Shown here in pieces: positions 22,901-34,900 of a stretch of DNA of 64,000 bases. The stretch lies in assembly GCA_965153285.1 (NCBI GenBank), contig OZ229117.1. The stretch is one strand, 5' to 3'. The DNA comes from Podarcis tiliguerta. Lineage: Eukaryota. The position numbers and the translations under genes were made by a program. Position 1 is the stretch's first letter. Each line of letters begins with the position of its first letter. The notes under the pieces were generated by a model. It did not search any database, was not told where the DNA came from, and saw only the letters and a program-made list of their open reading frames with translations.

Positions 22901-25900
22901 ATTCATAGGAATCACTGCTTGCTCAGAAAGGGATGTGGGAGGTACAGGCAGGCAAGCAATTGCAGAGACAGACAGGCAGTGGTGAAGGCAGCTGCCTCGG
23001 GTGGGGATTGAGGACAGGGTCTTAGCAGGTCCAGGGGGCTGGTTAGGAGGACGAGCACCTTGCTCCTAGCATCTTGCTTTCCAAGTCACTCTTACTTCAC
23101 TCAAAGCACAGGGGCCTCACCCTGGAGTCTGCAAAGGAGCAAGAGTAGATTTTACTACAGCAGTGGCAGCCTGCGAAGGTGGAGATGAGTAGGCAGAACG
23201 GAAGCTCCACTTCCTCTATGAATGAAGACAAAACCTCCAACACTTCCTGCCTTGGCAGCCTGGTGCACAAAGGTCTGGCAAGGGAGCACATCTGCATGCC
23301 GATGACAGTGCCGCTGCTGGGAATGGGCACGTGAGCCAAAGAGCATGTGCACACAGAGGAAAAGAGCCAGACATGGCTCAGGCAGACAGGAAGGAAAGAG
23401 GGGGACAGCTCAGAAGGTGCAGGAGAGGAAGAGCCACTTGTGCAGCAGTCCCAATTGTCTTCTTGGGAATGTTGCTGCTCAAGAGGTCAGAGTCCCATTT
23501 CAGCAAAATGACAGCAGCTAAGTTAATGGACTTGGCCACTGCCTCTGGTAGGCTATGAGTCTGCGGAAAAGATGACACCTCCACCTAACAGCTGCATATT
23601 GCAGGTGGAAGGAAGCTTGCAAATGCACCAAGAGATCCCCTGTTATACAACCAACCATGAGCCTACCCACAAGTAAGCATGGTTACGGTTACGGTGAAAG
23701 ACTCACCCAACAGGCTAGCAGTGAAAGGTATCTTCCCAAACGCTAGCTGCAGTCAATCTAGCCTTATTCTCACATGCCTTTACACATCATGCCTTCCCCC
23801 TTCAAATGGAAGTATGTGGGGCCTGTCAAATTACCAACCCTTCCAAAACTTTCTCATCTTCAAGAACCACAGGTTAAAACGTATGTAGGTTTCTCTTTCA
23901 TTTTAAAATGATCTTATTGTGTGCTTTGTGTAAGCTGCCTAAGGAACCACTGTGTTCCCATGGGCTATTCACTTCCCCTGCCACGACAATGGAAGCAGGA
24001 GTTCTAGAAGGAGCATTTTGGCTGCCTGGCTCTGAAGCAGGACAGATTATTCACAAGTTCCCAGCTCCTGCATTTCAAGGCACACACTGTGTGACAACCT
24101 CCGGTGGAATAGAACTGCAGCACTGCCCTTCCCGCACATGTCCAGAATTAAAAGTTTGCCCAACTTGAACTGAATGAGGTTATGGCACTCTGGAGCTGTT
24201 GTGGCTTAAAACGAGACTGAAGACAGCCAACTGGGCAACAGGCCTAAATGCAGCAGTGGGAGCCTCCCTGGAATTCCTTGCAAACTTCACTCTGCAGGAG
24301 GGCACAATTGTTTCCACACTGAGGAATCATCAGCTGAATGGGGAGGTGGGGGAGCAGGGCAGGCATCTAGGAGAGGGCCAGCCCTACACAAAGAGCCCAC
24401 AGACCTGGTGCCAGAAGGAGGAGAGGTGTCCCTTCTATTGCCTGGCACAAAGGACAACAGAGGGACGCAACTGGATATAACCCAAAAGGTTTCATCACGT
24501 GTTAAAAATTTGAACAAGTTTTTAAGACCTAAAAAGTGCTTGTTAATAATTGAAGGCAGAAAACCTAGGAGATGTCGCCAGGCTGCCCAGAGTGCTTCTT
24601 CAAACTCCTGGAATGAAGGACCAAACATTCACATGGACAGACATAGCAGCAAAGAGCCAAGTTCGTCCCCAGATGGCACCTGCTTAGTCCTCTTTCCCCA
24701 TCACTTTCTGGGCAAGGAGGAGCACCAGGCTATGTTCAGGATCCAGCAACCAGGAAACTAGCCCAGTGCATTGAAGGGGAATTCAGCAGGCCTGTGCAGA
24801 GCTTGTCTGAGGCTTGGGGGCAGGAGTCCTATTGGAATAAAGTTATAACCTCAAACCAAAAAGCAGCCAGTCACTGGCACGGCCCCATGGCCAACGTAGC
24901 CCTCCAAGGCCCAGGGCAAGTGTAACTGGCAGCCCCACCCCCAAGCAAGGACCTGGGATTTAGACTTGCTTTTCTCCCCAGACTGTCAGCTGCTTTGTAA
25001 ACTGAAAGAAGCTTCAAAAGCAACTGGTGATATGTAGGGGAGGTGGTCAGCTTTGTGATGGCAACTCAAACACCCCACATAGATGAGAACAGGTTGCTGG
25101 ATCAGACCAGTGGCCCAACATCCTGTTCTCAAAGAAGAGGCCCACTAGAAGCCTATGGGATGTACATAAGCACGACATGCATGCAGCAAACTTCTCCCCT
25201 GTGGCAATTCCCAGAAACTGGTATTAAGAAGTATCCTTTCTCCCGCAGTGGTGGTAGAACACAGCCATTGTGGCTAAAGGACATGAAATTGACCATTTCA
25301 TAGGCAATTTCATATTTCTCTTTTAACATCATCCAAGTTAGTGGCCATCATTATCTCTTGTGGAAGTGAATTCCATCATTTAATCACACACCATGTGAAG
25401 AAATACTTAATTATGTCTGTCCTGAATCTTCCAACATTCAGCAAGTCAAGTTTGAGAGCTAGCACGGTACATAGTGATAATGGTGATGTACCGTATCAGA
25501 ACATGTTATTTGACCAGTGCGATAAAGCACACAGATTTTAATTAAAAGCTGGGAATCACGTCTTTTCTCACCAATGGAAAACATTTGTCTAGCTGGCTGT
25601 GGAGTCCCCCTCCCTGTAGGTTTCAAGAAAAGGTGGGGCAGAAAATATTGTATTAGAGTCTATCTTTTCCTGGGCAGAGTTATGTGAGACCAACTGGATA
25701 CTTTCTGCCTAAGTAAAAATACCATCAGGGGTATCAATCAGCACCTACAGTCCTACTGCAGGAGAACGCAACCATGCAAACAGAACCCACTCCCCTCAGG
25801 GAAAAGGCCTGGCACTGGACACTTCTCTGCAGCTTTCTGACCCTATGTAGAGAGACCCTCTAACAGAGAAAGAAAGCAAGGGTTGGATAACAAAGAGGCA

Positions 25901-28900
25901 AGTGACCCCACAGAAACAGTACATAGAAATATCTGTGGAGGAGCATTCAGATAATGGAGTGCATTGGTCCACCACAACAGCAAGCACATTCCCCCCTCGG
26001 ACACTAGCCTGCCAGGAACAACAAGGTCAAAGAGCAGCCTGTGAACTTTGGCTCCACTTCAGGATTGTGTCTGCCAAACCTTTCCCAGAATGTTTCATGA
26101 GTGAAGCAAGAACCCAAGTAGGGTTGTGACTGTATAACTTTAATTTGCAAAACTATGGCAGGAAAAGCAACAGAAAGCCATGTGTTTTTTATGATTCCTG
26201 CCGGGCCAAGGACTTTTCTCTTTTCTCACACTCCATTATTTGCCTGACTTCCAAGCTACATTCCATGGTTGTGTCCCCTTCAAATGATGCTCTTTAAGGG
26301 TACATATTTCCCAAGCAGGCAGTAACAGAGCCCTGGGAACGCAAAGAGCAGGGCTGTTTACTAAGCCGAACCCTTGTTGCCTTCATGGTCTCTTCAGTGT
26401 AGATTCAGCATCTTCTGCTAACTCCTTACAACCACCATTATCATCCGTGTGTGTTGGGACTGCAACCATCCTAGTCAGAAAATACTAACTAGCTACTGCT
26501 CTAACAATTGGCAGGTTCCTAGAATTCCTTGCTATATGAAAGATTAAGCAGGAAGGACCCCTCTCCACTGACTTAGTTAAGCATCACCATTCAAGCCCCT
26601 TCCTCCTCTTCTGAAGCTTGACTTCTTCTGGCCACACTGGGATAATGAGAAAAGCCACAGGGAAGAAGCCGGTGCTTCAGCACTTCCTCCCACCAGCATC
26701 CTCCCTCACTGTGGTCACCCAACTGCACCTCCCAGATAAACCTCGGGCTCTCCAGGACTCTCTCTTGGGGCAGTCCTGCTGTCCAGTACATGGAGTCTAT
26801 TTTGAGTGCAGAGGGAGAGGCCCAGCAGCCGCCCACACAGGCTCCGGAAATACTTGCAACATTTATCAGCTCTGACAAGACTGGATGCAAACCAAGGGAA
26901 GCCCGGGAGTGCGTGTGCTGAATCATAAGGAAACAGCAGGCAGGACTGAAGCAACAGCAGAGTAGCATGCAGAACAATTGCAGGCAGGAGGCAGAGGGAA
27001 GAGGCAGCCGTCTGCTGGCTCAGCTGAGAAGCAACGCTGCTCTCCCCCTCTGTATGAGTTGTGAACAGTTGATTCCTTCAGTTGGACAAAGGTACCTTAA
27101 GGCTGCTAAGTAGGAATGGGGAATCTTTGGCCCTCTGGACAATGTTGAACAACAACTGCCATCACCCTGACCCATGGGATATGAAAGGCCACAGGCTCTA
27201 ACTGTGCTGCAAAGCAAGGTGTCCCAAGAGCCATATTTCAGGCTTGCAAACTGGCACTGGTAATCTGGGTAAAACTTCAGTTTGGAAGAGTTTCTTGGTT
27301 GTTACACACTCAAATTAAAATAGGAAGAGATAATAAGCTTGACTTGTCTATCTTTTGTACCCTAGAGGGAGTAGAAATAATTGGGCAGACTTGGCGGTTC
27401 CAGCACTTTTAGCTTTGCTTACTAAGTAAAAATAAAAGCAAACCTACTGGATTGGATCACTCTTGAGGGCAGCAGAAAGTTTTCCAAGGCAAGTTACCCT
27501 AATTTGCACAGGAAAAATTCCAGATAACCCACATCAAGGTATTTTCTCCCCCGCATAGCACTAGAAGAAGCCAAGTTCAGAGTTAGGCAGCGGCGGCGGC
27601 AGCAGCAGCAGCAGCAGCAGCAGCAGCTGACCCTGTGTTAGCCCTCCCGTGGTCGTGCCTTGGAAGGCCAATCCCAACAAGTGCTTTCAGAATCCGTGGC
27701 CAGCAAGAGCTGAAGGAGCTCCAAGGAATAACAGAGTTGAGACTCACCCAGGATGGCCTGGACTCGGACAGAGAGCTGTGTGCGGAGAAGCAGGATGGGC
27801 CGTCTCCCTTTGCTGCAACGACAGGAAAGGAAACAGGACCTAGATCAGCACAGGCTCCCTGAGCCCCAGCCCGCTTCCCAAGAACACTTGCCAGCCAGCC
27901 ACTGGGAACCTCATCCCCCTCCTCTTCAACACATTTGCTCACCAAACAGCTGAAGAGAGAAGATGCCACTGGCTCAGCAGGGAAGCAAGAGGAATTTGGG
28001 GCACTGACCACCTAACCATGCCAACTTCACAAGTGTGGACATCTACTAACAACCATATTTCGGGATCTGCTTGACAAGATTGCCTCAGGTGTTAGGGTTA
28101 AATGGCAACCTGTGAAGCCAGAAACCTATGGAAAGCGCTGCCCAATACAGGTTGGGAAAGAGTAAATATACCCCGCAGCGGAGAGATATTTTCACCTGAT
28201 TTCTTCATAGAACCCTTCCAGCTCATCTTTCTGCTCCAGCAGGGAAAGCTCCAGGTCCAGGTAGTGCCCAGAAGGCAAGACTTGCAAGGTGCAGTCCTCC
28301 AGCTGCAAAACACAAGCACATCCAATATTAGAGAGGGAGTCTGCCTGCCTGCTCACTTAGGGAATCAACAGGGCAGCAAAGAATGCAAAACCAAAGTGAA
28401 GAAACAGTCCTGAGTAGCCAAAGCCAGGTGAGCAGTGGGCAGGTGAGCCAAGCAGGCTGACTAGCACAGGGAACAGGACCATCCCTACAGGCACCCTGTG
28501 CCCCTTCCCCAAACCCTTCAAGTTTAACAGAAGGACTAATTCAGACTCCCCCCTGCGACTCAAAAGACACAAGGAAGTGATAGTCAACTTCCCATGATTT
28601 GGGGGTGGTTAGCACAGAACCCTCCCTGGCTCCAGACATACCCTCAAGTACAAATACTTGCTACCAGAAAAGGTGGCATGCAAGGTTAAGCTGATCAGAA
28701 ACCCACCCACAGCTTCCTCTTCCACCCTTGTGCTACCCTTCCCTCTGCTCTGAATGCGGGTGAATCGCCATAGGTACAGCTACGGTGGTGGGCTGGATGC
28801 CGACCAGGGGCCACTCTGTTCTAAAGCATGCAGAACCAAAGCCATTATGAAATAAAGCCCTAGGCTCTACGTCAGTGGTGTAGTCCCCAGGAAGGAGGAT

Positions 28901-31900
28901 CCCAGGAAGGAGGACCCCAAAGCAGATCCTCCTGGCTCTGCCCTCCGGCTCAGTGCTACAGCCTCCAGCAGCTGGCTTTCCTCAGTGGGCGAGCAACAGG
29001 AGCCTTGGGGTGAGCAAAGAACTCAGGAAGGGTGAGCTGCAACTCAGAATTCTTGAAATGTGAAGACCATTCAGTGGATAAAAACCCCAGCAGAAGATGG
29101 AGGCAATGTCTGAAAATGACCAGCAAAAGAGCGAACTGCCCAAAGAGTGACTGCAGAAAGGAGTTGGGTGTCTCTATTCCACTTTCTGTTTACTGATTTT
29201 ACTGCTTAAGTGGATTTTAATTGTGTTGTAAGTCACACGGAGAATCCTCTGGCTTGAGGAACTGAGTAGAATAGGTTGAAACTGCATAAAAGATTCCATT
29301 TCCAGTGGTAGCTTTGTGTCAATCTACAGGCAGCATGCCTGTACACAACTAGGATCTCTCATTTCCAGAAACTCTTTGCGGTCAATGTGATGAGGTTAGA
29401 GGAGATGCCAAGGTGGTTTGGCCCCCTGCCTGCACCAACTGAATGGACAGCCTAGGTGTTCAGAAAGAGGGACAGGAAAGAAAAGTGGTGTGGTAGGGGC
29501 TATTTCTGCTTTAGAAGTAGCAGAGGAAGCTTGTAGGAAAGACACAGAGATCAGCCTGAAGAGCAGAGCAAAGCAAGATTGTGAGGATGGTTCTTGGGAG
29601 AAATAGCTTCCCCAGGTGACCCAAGTATGCCAGATATGCTGGAAAAACGGGAAGTGAGGTGTCAGGCTTGGGAAGGGGAAAATGTTGCTAGCCCAATACT
29701 GCAGAGACAGGCAGGCTGCACCAAAAGCCAAGGCCTGTGGGGTTTCTCCCCTCCTCCCAACAGTTTGCCTTCACTCCCAAAGGCAGACTCCTCCACTGTC
29801 TCCAGAGACAGACGGATGCTAACAAGAAAGCCCAGAGAGATGCAACCAACTTCATCTCAGAGACAGGGAAGATTGAGATCTGCCGCCACACCCCTCCCTC
29901 CCTTTGCAAGACTTGCAGCTGACTCACCCCATGCTGAGTCAGACCTCATCACCACAACAGGAAGCTCCCAGCTATTCCCAAAAGCCATCACAAGGGGAAT
30001 GCCTGATCTGAGGGGAATATTGCCTTTAAGCAAAAACAAAAAACAAAAACAAACTAGCGATACAGCTCTGTTTCCAAATAGTAGGCTTTGCATTGATCAG
30101 AACAGGGATAGGAAGCCCCACATCCAACACTCTGAAAGGCTGGCAAACTAGCCAAACTTGGATCGACACATTCATGCAAGGAGAGCTGTGCAATCCGGAA
30201 AGGGATTAGGCTGCCCCTCTCACCTGCTGCTCAGCCAGGACAGGCAGGGAGATGCTCCTCTCCCAGTGGAAGGCACAGCAGGTACTGATGCAGGAAACAG
30301 CTCCTCTTGGGAAAAGGGCTGTGATGCAAATCCCCTCCTCACCACCAACTCTTTGGTTGCTCTCCAAGGGCAGGCAATGTAGAGTTAACAAGCCTTGTGA
30401 AGAAGAAAGGCTGGCCAAGTCCCAGGCCTGCTGCTGCTGCCCCTCCCTCCTGTGATGAGCTTTGGCAGGAATCCTGCTCAACCTCAAAGAGGGCACAGTA
30501 TTCTCAGTTCCAAGACTGATTCAGGCCATTCCAGTCCTGCCTGTCCACGTTCTGGACAGCTTCAGTGAAGGACAATGGGCCTGGGAAGGCAGAAAGGCAT
30601 GTTGCAGGGCTATTCAAAAAGGCAACAGGCTGGCCTGTATCCAAACATGACCCCTTCACTCAAGGATCAGTGCCACAAGTGTCTCTATGCAACATCTACA
30701 TGAAACTGCTTGGGGGGGGGGGAAGTGGCCCAGAGGCTTGGACTGAAGTGGCATCAATATGCGGATGACCACCCATACCTGCACACACCTGGCTGCACTT
30801 GGGGGTCAGCAACAGAGGCCCTTCTTTGCCCATCCCAAGGAAAGGTGGAATTGGCAGGGATGCGGCAGTGGCCACTCTCCAATGAGATTCATGGCCAACT
30901 GGGCTCCATCAAACAGCGGCACTACGGGCTTTCTAATGAGATCTTAAAACTTCATTATTCTTGCAGGATCTTTCTTGAAGGAAGGCTAAGTGGACAGGAC
31001 TTTTCAACTGCTGAGCTTGGCTGTGTTTTAGTGGACGTGGGATAGTGGCTTGTTTTATTAATAGTTGTCTCCACAAGCTTTATCTATGACTATATTGTAC
31101 TGATTTTCTGCCTTTTGTTGGAACGTTCTATATATTGTTATATGTTTAACTTGTATCTCATGATCAATTTTCTCAAAGACAGGATATAAATCTATTTTTA
31201 AAATGAGCACATGGAGTGTGCTGCCAGCCTCCCCTAAAGCAGAAGGACCACCTCTTTTGCCCAGGAAGTTGCCAGGCCATGAGCTAGCATGAGAAGCTTT
31301 CATTTTTAGGCACAGTGGTAGGGCATCTGCTTTGCATACAAAAGATCCTGAGTTGCATCTCCAAGGAGAGTAGGAAAGATTCCCTGTCTGAATGCGTAAG
31401 AACTGCTGACAGTTAGTGTAGAGTCCACGGTTAGAGACTCAGATATATAATCTAACTGCCAAGTGGCACCTGAAACCTAGGTTGCAGTCACCACAATGGA
31501 ATGACTAGGGGCTTTTTTTGCAGTGAGGTATTATTATTATTAATTTCATTTCTATACCGCTTTATACTTTAAAGAAAAAAACCTCAGAGCGGTTTACATC
31601 ACATTAAAACATCAAATAAAACCAATTCAGGCTTCAAGGAATATATTTCAGTTCCTCCTCCTCTGGCATTTTGCATTCCTCAGTTGCCAACCTGGCATCC
31701 AGAGATCTCCATGTGGTTGCAATTGGAGCCATGCCAGTTGCAAAATGTGCCTGGCTAATTTCTAACACTGGGTAGACCAGCGGTTCCCAATTGGTGGTCT
31801 TTGGACTTCAGGGGGTCCATTTACATAACAAAAACTTCTATACAGATATCAAAATTTTCAAAAGTAGGGGGTTCATAGCTTGGCTTCTGAAAAACAGAGG

Positions 31901-34900
31901 GTCTGCAGTACTTAACTAGAACCACTGGTGTGTACAAAACTGAGACAGATGGACCCCCAATGGTCTGCTTCAGGATCAGACAGCTTCTTGCAGTCACCAT
32001 TTAAAAACTGCTGCAAGATCCATTCCTCCATAGGCTATAGGAGGAAGAGAGAAAATAATCCCTGATGGGGATCCTGGCTACTGAGAACTTCCCACTTCGG
32101 AATTAGAAGATGTCCAGTGGAGAATCTGACATTCTACTCATCTCAGGAGGAGGAAGAGACCAGAACTAGAAAGTTCCTAGCTCTCATATTTGTCCAGCAA
32201 TGTGGCCATCATCTGAGAAAGGCTCACAAGCCAGACCTGTCCAGGCTGGCAGAGCTTCCAGAACCCATAACATCTCTTCTCATGGCTACTGTCCCCCAAA
32301 ACTGATCCTCGCATCAGAGAAGTCAGTCTAGATGCCCACCTTTCTTATCCCGTTCCTTCCCCCTGCACCATGTGACCAGATTGTTTAGGCTCAAATTCTG
32401 CAGAAACGAAGGAGACAAATGTACCAGGACCACACTATTTACTTTGCACTTGTGCCCGAAAGAGAACAGCCCCTGATGATTAATGAGGGGTGTCACAAGC
32501 AGAGCCAACCCTTCGTGCCAACAGTGCTCAGAAAACAAGGAACATAATGACGAACAGGCACCCACGACTGCTCTGGCAGGCAAGCTGATCAACTCTCCTT
32601 TTGGCCTGGAAACTGAGGCTAAGCCCTGCTTCTCATCAAAACACAGGACTCTGTCACCGTGTGCTGAAGCTTGCTCTCTGTGTTTTCCGAAAGGGCCAGC
32701 CTGCACTTCTTTTTGAAGTGTGGCAGCCATGGGCCTCACCCAAGTCTTGAAAGTCAGAGGCTGTGGTTAGGAGGGGATGCTCAGCAACCAGCACTAGTCA
32801 CAGAGCCTAGTCATAGAATCATAAGTTGGAAGGGACCCTAAGGGTCATCTAGTCCAACCCAGGAATCTCAACTAAAGCATCAATGACAGATAGGCATCCA
32901 ACCTCTGCTTTAAAAACTTCAGTGAAGGAGAGTCTAGTGTAGTACTGCTCAGAAGTGCCACTTGCTCAGCTCTAGAACTCCTCCAGTTTTTCTGCTCCTG
33001 CAAGACATATGGATTTCTCCCTTGGCTGCTCTGCTTTCCAGCCCCTCAGAGTTCTGAGCCTCACCTGGGATATGCAAGACAGGCAGGAGATCAAGGCTAT
33101 TGTCAACATGGCAACTTTCAGAATCTTCCAAAATAGAGTTCCCGGGGGTGGGGTGAATTTATCTGCTCAAATTTCCTGATGTGGCACAAATCTTATAGCA
33201 GCCTCCCACAAGCTGGCGCCCACCTATAACTCCCATCAGCCCCAAACATCTGGAGAGCAAGAGGTTGGGGAAAGTTGGCTCATCATTACCTGTGGCAGGC
33301 AATGGTAGTGGGGGACAACTGAAAACAAGATGGCCAAGAAACTAGCCTTCTTGTCAAAAGCAGTACACAAAGTTGGGAGTCAGGAATAGCCCTCCCAAGA
33401 CAGAGGACAAGAAGTTCTTGATGGCCCTGAGTATACTTGGGAGAACGTTTATTTTTAATATTCCCAGATGAAATAGCTGAAACAAACTCCAGAGGAAAAT
33501 CTGACTGTCACTGGACTAATTTTGGACACAGAAGCTGGTCTTTGCTGTGCATGATTATCCCGTCTGCTCAGCATACAGGAGAGAAGTTTCCAGCAACACC
33601 ATTGCTTTGCTGCTACTAAAACCAGCACTCAGTCCACCCTCAAGGGGCAGCACCTTTGCTGCTTCATCAGGAATGCCCTCAGAATGAGGCCCCTTTACAT
33701 CAGCCCAACATCTCCAATAAAGCTACGCCCCTACTAGGGCACACGTGACAGGCTCTGCAAATGCTTTTAGGATTAAATGTGGACAGACAAGACTCATTCC
33801 AGGAGTCAGAGTGTGGGTCATCTTCAGAAAGCATGTTTTGTACTCCAAAGGTCAGCCTGGAACAAGAATTTCAGGAACCAATTTCCCTTGTAAGAACTAA
33901 ACAAAAAAGTGAATTATGTGAGGATATGACTAATGCTACTCACTAGTTAAAGTGATTTTCACACTCTAAAAGTAGGTAGGTGGGGGGAGAGCAACCGCTT
34001 AGCCTGAGGCTGGTACCTTTAATTCAGGCATGTTCCACCAGGTCTTTCAATGAGCTCTTGCACTTCCCACTACTCACCCATCTACCATGTAGCAAACTGA
34101 TCTTTTGAGATCTACCCAGCATCCTTTTCAGTCTCTCAGCCCACACATCTCATGTCTACCCAACACTCTGCAGCCCACACCAATCACCTTTGTCACCACC
34201 TTTCTCAAGGAAACAGAGGGAGGATTTCTGTAAAGTTGGAAAGAAGGAAACAAGATGGCTCAGCTACAGACTGAATACAGGGAACAGAGAGGGCATTCAA
34301 ACCAAGGCCTGCAGGCCTGTTCAACAGTGTACATGGGGGGTGGGTGGGCGGGAATCAACCAAGCTTTCCAGGCCCCCATTTGCAAACCACGGACTCTGTC
34401 ATTGGCACCAAGCGCATACTGCCCACCTGTTCCATTGCCTACAATGGGAAGCTTCCTTCCAAGCCCAATTTCAGCAGGGAGAGCACCAGACACTCTGCAG
34501 GCACATGTATTGCCTGATACATGGTAACATAGTCAACAAATACAGTAAGAAAAGGAGAGCTAAAGAGGAAATATGAAAAGTTCAGTCTGGGAGGCAGTGG
34601 CGCTTGAGACAACGAAGGATCTGAACAGAAATATCAGCTGGGTGATGCAGAAATGGGAGTGAAAGGGAGAGAGAAAGCTAAGCTTCAGCCTCTGTGTACA
34701 AGTGGCCCTGAAAGCCATGGGAAAGTGGTCATTCAGTGTGTGGAGAAAAGAGCAGAAAACAACAAGAGATCCCCAGGCAGGCCCCTCAACAAAGAGAAAG
34801 AAAACAAAGGAAGATACTCCACCTAGGTAAATACTGAAAGAACACTTAGACAGGCAAAAAACCAGATGAAAACAGAATCAGAGACTGACTGACGGGCATA

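Noticed and set aside
23707-23746. 40-nt exon that would restore frame together with the 8-nt candidate
   Set aside because: It contains an in-frame TAG and has no polypyrimidine tract
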